The notes beneath the pieces are model-generated. The model was not told where the DNA came from and searched no databases. It worked only from the letters and a program-made list of their open reading frames with translations. 64,000 nucleotides of DNA from contig CAMAVD010000003.1 of NCBI GenBank assembly GCA_945861575.1, forward strand, positions 3,036 through 67,035. Direction: 5' to 3'. A program made the position numbers and the translations under genes. This document shows, in pieces, positions 54,095 through 62,613 of the stretch. The stretch is from Akkermansia muciniphila (lineage in GTDB: Bacteria; Verrucomicrobiota; Verrucomicrobiia; Limisphaerales; UBA11320). Every line of letters starts with the position of its first letter. Positions within the stretch are counted from its first letter, which is position 1.

Positions 54095-55132
54095 TTATCG
54101 GATCACTCCGGTGTCACAGCGCTTCGCGGAGGTGACCGCTTTCACCCACTCTTGATTGCCAAGATACCACTCCACCGTTGCACGGAGGCCGGCTTCGAAA
54201 CTGTGAGCGGGGGTCCACCCTAGCTCGTTTTGAATCTTTGCTGCATCGATGGCGTAGCGCCGATCGTGGCCGGGGCGATCTTTCACGAATTGCATCAGGC
54301 GTCTCGAATCGCGTCCCTGCTCCGGAGCGAGGGCATCGATCAGATCACAGATCTTCTCCACGATCCTGAGATTGGGCCACTCATTCCCGCCGCCAATGCA
54401 ATAGGTTTCGCCAATCCGCCCTCGAGTGAGCACCTGCCAGAGAGCGTCAACATGGTCCGTCACATAGAGCCAATCTCGCACATTCATGCCGTCTCCGTAG
54501 ATGGGAATCGGCTGGTGAGCCAGGGCTTTTTGTATGACGACAGGGATTAGTTTTTCCGGGAACTGATAGGGGCCGTAGTTGTTGGAGCAATTGGTGAGAA
54601 CGCAGGGCAGTCCGTAGGTGTGATGATAGGCCCGGACAATCAGATCGCTGGATGCCTTGCTTGCGGAGTAGGGGGAGTTCGGAGCGTAGGGAGTGGTCTC
54701 GCTGAACAGCCCGCTTTCGCCGAGGCTGCCGAAAACCTCATCGGTGGAAACATGATGAAAACGCCGGCCTTCGAATTGGCCTGCCCACGCATCCCGGCAG
54801 GCTTCCAGCAGGTGGAACGTGCCGACGATATTGGTGTGGATGAAGTCGCCTGGGCCGCTGATCGACCTGTCGACATGGGACTCGGCCGCGAGGTGCAGGA
54901 CATGCGAAATAGCGTGGGACTTGACGATCTCAACCACCTTGGACTTGTCGCGAAGATCCGCTCGGATGAACGTGTATCGAGGGTCTCGATCGGCCCCGGC
55001 GAGGTTCTCCAAATGGCCCGCATAGGTGAGGCAGTCGAGGTTCACGATCCGCGTCGGCTCGGAGCGACGGAGGAGTTGGCGAATGACGTTCGATCCGATA
55101 AAACCTGCACCGCCGGTGACCAGTAGATTCAT
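54095..55132 (-). CDS. rfbB: dTDP-glucose 4,6-dehydratase
   Basis: Start at MNLLVTGGAGFIGSN. It has HLAAESHVDRS, YSASKASSD and a length of 345 aa. Confidence 0.95.
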   Translation of the reverse strand: MNLLVTGGAGFIGSNVIRQLLRRSEPTRIVNLDCLTYAGHLENLAGADRDPRYTFIRADLRDKSKVVEIVKSHAISHVLHLAAESHVDRSISGPGDFIHTNIVGTFHLLEACRDAWAGQFEGRRFHHVSTDEVFGSLGESGLFSETTPYAPNSPYSASKASSDLIVRAYHHTYGLPCVLTNCSNNYGPYQFPEKLIPVVIQKALAHQPIPIYGDGMNVRDWLYVTDHVDALWQVLTRGRIGETYCIGGGNEWPNLRIVEKICDLIDALAPEQGRDSRRLMQFVKDRPGHDRRYAIDAAKIQNELGWTPAHSFEAGLRATVEWYLGNQEWVKAVTSAKRCDTGVIR

Positions 55133-55134
55133 GC

Positions 55135-56127
55135 TTAGGCTGGGGACAAGGATCCGTGTGCGGGAGAGAAGTTCTGGGGAGCTTCCGGTCTCCAATGGCG
55201 CAGAGAGTCTTCAAGAGCCTCGTCAACCGTGCGCATCACGACGCCCGTCTCGCGGAGTTTGCCTGTTTCCAGTATGCAGTTGGACCGAGGCGTCTTGGCG
55301 GCGAGGCGGTAGAACTCCTCGTCGTCAGTCCAAAATTCAAACTCTCTCCTCGGCTTCAGAATGTCTTGCACTCGTTGAATGACTTGGCGCGTTGTCACGA
55401 AGCCAGGGTTGGTGAGATTGTAAGTTCCGAAAGGAGCTCGCCGCTCCCAAAGATCCAGGCAGGCTTTCACAAAATCCCCTCGATGTGACAGCGAGTTCGC
55501 GTTGTCGTAGACCTTGGCGTAGCGCTGGATTTTGCTGAGATAGTTGCGGGCTCCATCGTGAGCGTCGAAAGGGATTCGCAGGCGCCAGACATAGCTTCGG
55601 CCAATGCCTGTCATCGCCTCCTCGCCCAGGGCCTTGCTCCCGCTGTAGAAGCTGCATGGCGGATGGCGGAAGGAAAAGTTGGGTGTGTCCGTCTCCGCGA
55701 ACCCCCGCACTTGTTCGCGTCGGCCGGTCAGGAGACCCTGAAGCTCGGGCCGGGTGAGGTCGGTCTCGATTCTTTCCTGTCCGTCGTGAAGAATTTTTCC
55801 TCCGTTGTAGATGCATCCCGAGGAGATATGACCCCAGGGTACCCCCGCCACCTCACACGCTTGGGCGATTGATTGTGGCAGGAGAGCGTTGCCAAAAAGC
55901 GTCTCGGCTTTTTGAGACTCACAGGCGTCCACGTTTGGCTTTCCTGTGAACCCAGCTGCATTGATGAGAAAGGAGGGGCGAAGCGATCGAAGCAATTCCA
56001 GAAGGCTTGTAAAGCGTGTGTAGTCGGCCTCGCTGCGCGGGATCGACCGGTGATCCCAGTTGCGCTTTCTGAGCTCGGCGGTGAACGCCTCGCCTATGTA
56101 ACCGGACGCTCCTAACAGAAGTATCAT
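55135..56127 (-). CDS. SDR-fold nucleotide-sugar reductase, RfbD-like (dTDP-4-keto-6-deoxyhexose reductase family)
   Basis: Starts MILLLGASGYIGEAF and has the YSGSK catalytic pair. It sits between rfbA and rfbB and is longer than a typical RfbD. Confidence 0.65.
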   Translation of the reverse strand: MILLLGASGYIGEAFTAELRKRNWDHRSIPRSEADYTRFTSLLELLRSLRPSFLINAAGFTGKPNVDACESQKAETLFGNALLPQSIAQACEVAGVPWGHISSGCIYNGGKILHDGQERIETDLTRPELQGLLTGRREQVRGFAETDTPNFSFRHPPCSFYSGSKALGEEAMTGIGRSYVWRLRIPFDAHDGARNYLSKIQRYAKVYDNANSLSHRGDFVKACLDLWERRAPFGTYNLTNPGFVTTRQVIQRVQDILKPRREFEFWTDDEEFYRLAAKTPRSNCILETGKLRETGVVMRTVDEALEDSLRHWRPEAPQNFSPAHGSLSPA

Positions 56128-56177
56128 ACGGATCTCGGAGGCTTGCTCATGGTCCTGGTGGGCGGTTTCTAGTGTGT

Positions 56178-57053
56178 TCAGCCGGCACGCTGCGCCTCGG
56201 CCAGCACTTCTTCTAGGTAGTCTCGGTATTCACATCGTGGCAGGCGTGCGACTTCAGTTTGTAGGCCGACCAGGGTGAGGAAGCCTTGGCGGAACGCGGC
56301 TTCTTCGGGGCAACCGATTTTCATCCCAGAGCGCTTCTCGACGGTCTGCACATAGGCAGAGGCCTCATGGAGGCTCGTGCTCGTGCCGGCATCCAGCCAG
56401 GCGAAACCCCGACTGAGGGGGAACACACGCAGTGTTCCTCTGCGCAGGTATTCCATGTTCACATCGGTGATCTCCAACTCTCCCCGCGGAGAAGGCTTCA
56501 AGGCCTTCGCGATTGAAACGACCTCGTTGTCGAACAGATACAGGCCAGGCACGGCATAGCAGCTCTTCGGTGCGGTGGGCTTCTCCTCAATGGAAACAGC
56601 CTTGCCCTGTCCGTCAAACTCAACGACGCCGTAGCGGCTGGGATCATGCACTCGGTAGCCGAAGATGACTGCCCCTGATGCGAAGTCCTTGAATGCTTTG
56701 TGGAAAACATCGCCACCGTAGAAGATGTTGTCACCTAGGATGAGGGTGACCGGGTCGCTCCCGATAAAGGATTCCGCTACCAGGAAAGCTTGAGCGATGC
56801 CTTCCGGTTTTGGCTGCTCACGGTAGTCGATCCGAAGTCCCCAGCGGTGTCCGTCTCCGAGCAGTTGTTGAAAGCGGGGAATGTCCTGCGGGGTGGAGAT
56901 CAGGCAAATCTCTCGAATGCCATTTTCGATCAGGGTGGTCAGCGGATAATAGACCATGGGCTTGTCATACACGGGCTGCAACTGCTTGCTGGCCACCAAG
57001 GTGAGGGGGAAGAGCCGTGACCCGGCTCCGCCTGCGAGTATGATGCCTTTCAT
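56178..57053 (-). CDS. rfbA: glucose-1-phosphate thymidylyltransferase
   Basis: Start at MKGIILAGGAGSRLFPLT..SKQL.PVYDKPM.YYPL. Confidence 0.95.
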   Translation of the reverse strand: MKGIILAGGAGSRLFPLTLVASKQLQPVYDKPMVYYPLTTLIENGIREICLISTPQDIPRFQQLLGDGHRWGLRIDYREQPKPEGIAQAFLVAESFIGSDPVTLILGDNIFYGGDVFHKAFKDFASGAVIFGYRVHDPSRYGVVEFDGQGKAVSIEEKPTAPKSCYAVPGLYLFDNEVVSIAKALKPSPRGELEITDVNMEYLRRGTLRVFPLSRGFAWLDAGTSTSLHEASAYVQTVEKRSGMKIGCPEEAAFRQGFLTLVGLQTEVARLPRCEYRDYLEEVLAEAQRAG

Positions 57054-57124
57054 TTGCTCGAAATTAACCCATGAAACTCCCATTGGAAGCAAGAAAGCCG
57101 CCGCCCGCTGCGGCGACCGATGCC

Positions 57125-58276
57125 TCAGACGGGGATCTGGATGCCCATTTCGGTGAGGGTGATGCGCACCCCTTCGACCAGTGCCTGTAGGTCTTTGGGA
57201 TACAGTCGTCCGATGTTGCCCATGCGAAAGCAGTTCATCTGGGTGAGCTTTCCTGGGTAGATCACCATGCCTCGATTGGAAAGCCGCTGATAGAATTCCT
57301 CCAGGGTAAACCGGGGATTCTTTGGGAACGGGAAGGTGGTGATGATATATCCCTGGTGCGCTTCCGGCACATACGGTTCAAAACCCAGGGAACGCATCCC
57401 TTGTACCAGGGTGGCGTGATTGTTCCTGTAGCGCTTTGCCCGGCCGTCAGGCCCACCCTCGGCATCCAGTTCGTCGAGCGCCTGCTTGAACGCGAGCAAC
57501 GCATGCGTCGGCGGGGTGAAGCGGAACTGTCCATTCCCTTCCAGCCCGCGCCATTGAGCGTGCAGGTCCAGACTGAGGGTTCTTGCGGATCCTTCAGAGG
57601 CGAGGAAGGGTTCTCGCCGGGCGACGATGATTCCGAATCCTGGCACGCCTTCGATGCATTTATTGGCAGAGGTTACCAGATAGTCGACCCCGGCGGTGGG
57701 AAGATCCAGGGGCACTGCACCAAAACTGCTCATGGCATCCACAATCAGGCTTCGGCCCCTATCTCGCACCGCCTTGCCGATTTCGGCCACCGGGTTGAAG
57801 ATGCCCGAGGTGGTCTCGCTGTGGACCATCACCACATGGGAGAGTGCAGGGTCTGCTGAGAGCGCAGCAACGACCTGGGCGACGGTGGGGATTTCGTTCT
57901 CGGGGCACTCGATTACGGTCACCGGAATCCGGTGCCGCTTGGCCATCGCTACGATACGGGCGCCGTAGGCACCGTTGACCAAGGCGAGCAGGCGACCTTC
58001 GGTGGGGATGACTGAGGAGAGGACCGATTCGACTGCGAACGTGCCGCTGCCTTGCATCAGCACCGCCTCATAGCCGGAGGTCTGGCTGACTCCGGCGATT
58101 GCGAGCAGACGGTTGCGAATACTTCGAACTGTCGCCACGAAGTCCTCATCCCGGGAGCCAAGATCCCGCAGCATGGCTTCCTTGACCGTGCGGCTGGTGG
58201 TGAGTGGTCCGGGAGTAAAGAGGAGTTTGTCCGTTTGCGTCGCCGCCGTGCGGCCTTGGGAATCGATAGTTTCCAT
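57125..58276 (-). CDS. phnW: 2-aminoethylphosphonate--pyruvate transaminase family (PhnW/AepZ-like)
   Basis: The N-terminus LLFTPGPLTTSRTVKEAMLRDLGSRDEDF matches the PhnW signature (LLTPGPLTTS..VK..ML.D.GSWD.DF). It also has the SANKC PLP-Lys region. Confidence 0.8.
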   Translation of the reverse strand: METIDSQGRTAATQTDKLLFTPGPLTTSRTVKEAMLRDLGSRDEDFVATVRSIRNRLLAIAGVSQTSGYEAVLMQGSGTFAVESVLSSVIPTEGRLLALVNGAYGARIVAMAKRHRIPVTVIECPENEIPTVAQVVAALSADPALSHVVMVHSETTSGIFNPVAEIGKAVRDRGRSLIVDAMSSFGAVPLDLPTAGVDYLVTSANKCIEGVPGFGIIVARREPFLASEGSARTLSLDLHAQWRGLEGNGQFRFTPPTHALLAFKQALDELDAEGGPDGRAKRYRNNHATLVQGMRSLGFEPYVPEAHQGYIITTFPFPKNPRFTLEEFYQRLSNRGMVIYPGKLTQMNCFRMGNIGRLYPKDLQALVEGVRITLTEMGIQIPV

Positions 58277-58700
58277 AGAGTGCGTTCTTTGAACGCGAGG
58301 TCACTTTAGCAACCAGGCCATCCGGGTGCAGTGAAATTCGGACGGGTATTGGCGTTCAACGTCCAACGTGGTCAGGTCCTGAAGGTCAGTAGGGAGTGTT
58401 TATCCACAGATGGGCTGCAGGATTTACACAGATTGAAGGCGGGGCTGAAACGGGGTAGGGAAGTTTCGAGCGGCAATGGAGTGATTTACGATCGGATGCG
58501 CAGGGAGAGGGACACGGCACAGCGCTCGACCGGGGCTACTCGTGTGAACGATGTCTTGGGCCGCGGACCCCGGAGGGGTCGAAGCCGGTAGCCCCGGGTT
58601 GACCGAAGGGACACCCGGGGTTTCCTGCGGTTCACCCTCGCTACACACGACCGCCAACGGAAAATCCCCAGACAATCCCGGAGGAGGCCATAAATGTAAC

Positions 58701-58730
58701 CGCGAATGGACGCGAATAGACGCGAATGCG
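58701..58730. repeat. 3 x 10-bp tandem repeat cgcgaatNNN
   Basis: cgcgaatgga cgcgaataga cgcgaatgcg, read directly from the sequence. Confidence 0.85.
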
Positions 58731-58891
58731 AAAAGGCTCCTGGGTTGTGACTTCTGGACAGGAATCAGGCTGAGCGCACTTGGCGATAGACGAGGCGTAG
58801 CGAGGGGGAGGGAACGTAGTTTGCGTTGTAGCGGAGCAAGCTCCCTTCGGCACTGCAGGAGACGACGGAGAATCCGATCCCCAAAAAAGGC

Positions 58892-58962
58892 AGGCCTCGG
58901 GCGAGTGGGGGGAACGCCTGACGTCGTCGCCTACAAGGACTCGAACCTCCGGATGTAGGGGA
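58892..58962 (-). repeat. family R1 structured repeat, copy C (partial unit, inverted orientation)
   Basis: The reverse complement reads tcccctacatccggaggttcgagtccttgtaggcgacgacgtcaggcgttccccccactcgcccgaggcct. It aligns to units at 4146 and 35051 with an internal deletion. Confidence 0.7.
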
Positions 58963-59116
58963 CCCCAACGTCCAGCGTCCGGTTCCTCCGCCCCAGGCTC
59001 AGGGAAAGCCAGAAAACGGCCTGCGCTTTGGCTCATCCTCGTTCCACTCCTGCCTACGGGCTCTCGCACGAGGTCAGGATGTCTGAGACTCGATCCTGAT
59101 AATCTATGCGCAATCC

Positions 59117-59293
59117 ATGAACACCTGCGCTGCGCTGCTTGGTTTTCTCATCGTACCCTCCCTTTCTGGCTGGGCGGTGGTAGGGGGACAGGGTGAGTAT
59201 GCGGACATTCGCGCTCGCTATGGGAAGCTGCACACCATTGCCGGTCGGGCTCAACTGGACAGCAATGGGGGTAACGACTGGCCCGCTCCCTAG
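59117..59293 (+). CDS. possible 58-aa secreted peptide or N-terminal gene relic (below the ORF-track cutoff)
   Basis: ATG...TAG reads MNTCAALLGFLIVPSLSGWAVVGGQGEYADIRARYGKLHTIAGRAQLDSNGGNDWPAP. The N-terminus is signal-peptide-like. There is no other support. Confidence 0.2.
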   Translation: MNTCAALLGFLIVPSLSGWAVVGGQGEYADIRARYGKLHTIAGRAQLDSNGGNDWPAP

Positions 59294-59356
59294 GGGTCGC
59301 ACACAAATAACCCGAACTTGCTTTTGCACGCTCCCTGTTAGGCGAAAGCCTTCTTT

Positions 59357-61024
59357 TCAGGGTTTGGCGGCTGGCAGAGGTGCTGCGGGGAGGCGCTTGA
59401 GTCGCAGCGTGGAGGAGTCGAAGCGGCCTACCCCTGAGGCTCCTCGAAATTCGCAGATGAGCTCGACGTCGATGGGCCCTGTCAGCTCGAAGCTGTAGCG
59501 AAGAGGCTGCCAGGTCTGATTCGTCGAGAGGCTGAGTGTTTCCCGATCTCCGGAAATCCGAAGCAGCGCCCCGCTATTTGTAGCACCTGGGGTCATGCCC
59601 TCCACTTTCGCCATTCCACTCAGTTCATACTGCCCTGTTTCCAGCAGCACCTTGCGCCTCCAGGCGCCCGAGGCCCAGGTGCCTGAGGCCTGGAGCTCCA
59701 GAACCTGACGGTCTTGGTCGGTGCCTTTCTGGCCCGAAACCCCTCCCTGATTCGAGGGGCGAAAGGTCCAGCCGGTCAAGCGGGCGATGCCCGTGGGTCC
59801 CAGATCGAGGGGTTTCTCCTGATTGGAGAGTTGCTCCCGTACTTCCGCGATCCGGTGCGAGATGCGAGACTTCAGCATTTCCGTGATCGCTCGGTAGCGA
59901 AACCGATCCACGAGTCCGGGCGCAGCGTAGGGCTGAATCGCTTCCGCCAACCGATCCACTTTGGCGAGGAGTCGCGCCTCGTTGCAATGGTTGGTCAGCA
60001 CCTGCTCCATCCGAGTTAAATAGCGGCGTCGGCCCTCGGGTGTTCCCAAATACGCCCGGGCAGCCAGCCCTCCCCAGCTGGGAGTGATGCTGGTTTGTGA
60101 TGATTTCCGTATACCCAGAATCTGATCCATTCCGTGGGGCAGAAAGACCATTCGATCCTGTGTGGCATCCCGGAAGATCCGGTAGTTGTTCGGTCCCATA
60201 CAATACCCATCCCAGTGCAGGAGGAAGACCTCCAGGACGGCGAAGGTGAGGAAACGATCGATATCTAATTGCTTCTCGATGCTGGCAGCCCTGGCGGAGG
60301 CCCCTTTCTCCCGCGACGCTGCCACGAGCCTCGCCAAGTCTGATCGGTCGTCGGGATGTTCTCCTGAGTCGACTTCCAGGGCGCGGGTGATGTCGCCCCC
60401 TGAGCCGCCGTCATACAGATTGCCTTCCGCGGAGGGAAAGTGGCGCTTCAAGAAGCGCTTATTATAGCCTTCGACCAGCACATAGAATCCGAGGGCTCTC
60501 CCGTTCAGTTCCACCTGAGCATGCCCGATCCGGGAGGCAGGGACTCCCGCGTCTCGAAAGAGGTCGCGAGCGATCTTTTCACAAAGATAGGTGGCGTCTT
60601 GAACCGAGTTGTTGAGGTGGATCTTGTCTAGCCCGTGGAAGCGCTGGCCGGGTGCGAATTTGTCGAAGTTTAGGGTCAATGAGGGTTTGTTGCCGATGGG
60701 CTGAAAGGTGAAGGACCCTTTGAGATGTATGGCGACATTGGTGTAGACGTTCTTCCCCTCGCGCACGATCGCTTTGGCGTCGTGTCGCTCAGGACGTTTC
60801 TGCCCCCAGACTTGGTGGTAGTTCTTGAGAAGCTCCAAGCCCTCCGGCGTCAGCTCGATCTGGAGCTGACGGACGCTCCCATTGGTGAAGAGTTCGTCGC
60901 TGGTATCCAGCTGCGCTGCGGCGATGGAGGAGCAAATGCCAACGAGGAACCCCAGGCAAAGGCCTAGCTTGTTGCAGGGGACTTTCCACCTGCGGGTGCG
61001 GAGAGGGCTTCGGACGGCATTCAT
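59357..61024 (-). CDS. secreted CotH-family (atypical kinase fold) protein
   Basis: Signal peptide. CotH-like core: ...LKGSFTFQPIGNKPSLTLNFDKF...LDKIHLNNSVQD.TYL.E...GFYVLVEGYNKRFLKRHF...NLYDGG...HWDGY...NNYRIF. Confidence 0.8.
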   Translation of the reverse strand: MNAVRSPLRTRRWKVPCNKLGLCLGFLVGICSSIAAAQLDTSDELFTNGSVRQLQIELTPEGLELLKNYHQVWGQKRPERHDAKAIVREGKNVYTNVAIHLKGSFTFQPIGNKPSLTLNFDKFAPGQRFHGLDKIHLNNSVQDATYLCEKIARDLFRDAGVPASRIGHAQVELNGRALGFYVLVEGYNKRFLKRHFPSAEGNLYDGGSGGDITRALEVDSGEHPDDRSDLARLVAASREKGASARAASIEKQLDIDRFLTFAVLEVFLLHWDGYCMGPNNYRIFRDATQDRMVFLPHGMDQILGIRKSSQTSITPSWGGLAARAYLGTPEGRRRYLTRMEQVLTNHCNEARLLAKVDRLAEAIQPYAAPGLVDRFRYRAITEMLKSRISHRIAEVREQLSNQEKPLDLGPTGIARLTGWTFRPSNQGGVSGQKGTDQDRQVLELQASGTWASGAWRRKVLLETGQYELSGMAKVEGMTPGATNSGALLRISGDRETLSLSTNQTWQPLRYSFELTGPIDVELICEFRGASGVGRFDSSTLRLKRLPAAPLPAAKP

Positions 61025-61128
61025 GATCGCACTCTTTGACGACGGATACGGGGCCAGGAGGTTACAGGATCCTGGCAGGAACCCAGACAGCTCTACCTGG
61101 CGCTATGGCAGGAGTTGGAGCTCATGAT

Positions 61129-62589
61129 CTAGGGCTGGGCAAGGCAATAGAGAAAGCGTTGTCCGCGCAGGAGAAGATCCTTGCCCGCGAGGGCGGGGGA
61201 GGCATCGAATTTCTCGTCGAGGGTGTTGGTGGCTAGTATTTCCAGCGTGTCGCTGTCCTTGATCACGACGGTGGTGCCATTGCGACCAACGAAATACACG
61301 CGGCCTGCCGCCCCGACCGGAGACGCGTAGACTCCGGACACGCCTTCGAGCCGCTCCTCGGTGATCAGAGGCTGGCCGGTCTTGGCGTTGAGCGCGGAGA
61401 GAATCGCATTGTTGCCAGAAAGGAAATAGAGCCGTTCGCCATAGAGGATGGGGGACGGAACATAGGGGGTGGCCTTGGTGTGCTTCCATACCACGGAGGC
61501 GGTGTCGGTGAGATCCCCCGTGCCGTCGAGCTTGAGGGCAAGCAATGAAGCGCCTCGAAAACCGCTGATCGCATAGACGAGCTCAAAGTCACTCACGGGT
61601 GTCGGGATCACATTCGCCGTCATGCCCCCGCATTCCCACAGCTGCTTGCCGGTAGACAGATCGTAGCTGCGCACACGCCTGGTGGCGGCAACGATGACCT
61701 GGTACTGATCCTTGTAATTCACAATGAGTGGCGTGGTCCAGGTGGTGTCTTCTTCGCGAGGCTGACGCCAGAGTTCACGGCCCGTCGACTTGTCAAAGGC
61801 CGCAATGAAATCCGTGCCCTCATGATCCCAATTTACGACCAGCGTGTTTCCCTGCAGGGCCGGGGAGTTGCCTTCGCCGAAGCCGGCCCGGGTTTTCATC
61901 TTCCCGAAATCCTTGCTCCACAAGACGGCTCCCTTCATGTCCAGGCAATGCAATCCCCGCGACCCGAACCATGACCAGATATGCTGGCCGTCCGTGATGG
62001 GGGAATGGGACGCATAGCCGTGGTCGCGATGATGGCCTTCATGCGGCACCACTTCATTGAGTGTTTTCTCCCACTGCACCTTGCCGGTCGCCCGATCGAG
62101 TGCCAGGAGGTTGAAGCGATAAAACTCGGAGGGGGCTTCAGCCCGTCCGCCGCCCCCGCCGGGTCGTCCGCCTCGCGGCCCGCGTGGGGGAGGAGTCCCG
62201 CCTGCGGGTGGAGGTGGGGGGAGTTGTCCAAAAATCTGAGGTCTGATCACCGCTGCCGATTTGGGTGTCGGCACGGGCGGAGGTTCGACCTTCTTTCCGG
62301 TCGGAACCGCTGTCTGAATGAAGATTTTCTGCCCCCAGATAAGTGGGGTCCCAGTGCCGCTCCCGGGGATCTGCACCTTCCATTTCACATTCTGAGTCTC
62401 GCTCCACGCAAGCGGTGGCGTGGCTTTCGGAGCCACACCATTGGCTAGGGGGCCACGCCACTGCGGCCACTCCGACTCGGCAGGGGTGGCTGCGCTTAGG
62501 GGCAAAACCAGTGATAGCAGTGAGAGGACAATTCGGCTGGCAACATCGGTTGCCGACCTGGGATGCGTGGGTGGTGTATGGGGAGGCAT
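61129..62589 (-). CDS. secreted PQQ-like (BamB-type) beta-propeller repeat protein with a Pro/Gly-rich insert
   Basis: Starts with ...WPQWRGP..NG and has repeated ...LDRATGKVQWE.../...STGRELW.../...TGKQLWE... blades. The low-complexity insert is PPPPPAGGTPPPRGPRGGRPGGGGGR. Confidence 0.8.
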   Translation of the reverse strand: MPPHTPPTHPRSATDVASRIVLSLLSLVLPLSAATPAESEWPQWRGPLANGVAPKATPPLAWSETQNVKWKVQIPGSGTGTPLIWGQKIFIQTAVPTGKKVEPPPVPTPKSAAVIRPQIFGQLPPPPPAGGTPPPRGPRGGRPGGGGGRAEAPSEFYRFNLLALDRATGKVQWEKTLNEVVPHEGHHRDHGYASHSPITDGQHIWSWFGSRGLHCLDMKGAVLWSKDFGKMKTRAGFGEGNSPALQGNTLVVNWDHEGTDFIAAFDKSTGRELWRQPREEDTTWTTPLIVNYKDQYQVIVAATRRVRSYDLSTGKQLWECGGMTANVIPTPVSDFELVYAISGFRGASLLALKLDGTGDLTDTASVVWKHTKATPYVPSPILYGERLYFLSGNNAILSALNAKTGQPLITEERLEGVSGVYASPVGAAGRVYFVGRNGTTVVIKDSDTLEILATNTLDEKFDASPALAGKDLLLRGQRFLYCLAQP

Positions 62590-62613
62590 AAGGTGTGGAG
62601 TCAGTGGGAGGGA

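Noticed and set aside
58277-58700. Riboswitch in the phnW leader (glycine-, ZTP- or ykkC-like fragments such as GGAGAG, CCGAAGG, GGGTCG)
   Set aside because: The fragments are on the plus strand while phnW is on the minus strand. None of the full consensus cores I can recall is present. It is retained only as an unassigned structured region.
58925-58962. tRNA-like T-arm (ggttcgagtcc on the minus strand; similar ggtttgagtcc and ggtccgagtcc in other R1 copies)
   Set aside because: The flanking bases do not form a 5-bp T-stem, an acceptor stem or an anticodon arm. It is part of the R1 repeat, at most a distant tRNA-derived relic.
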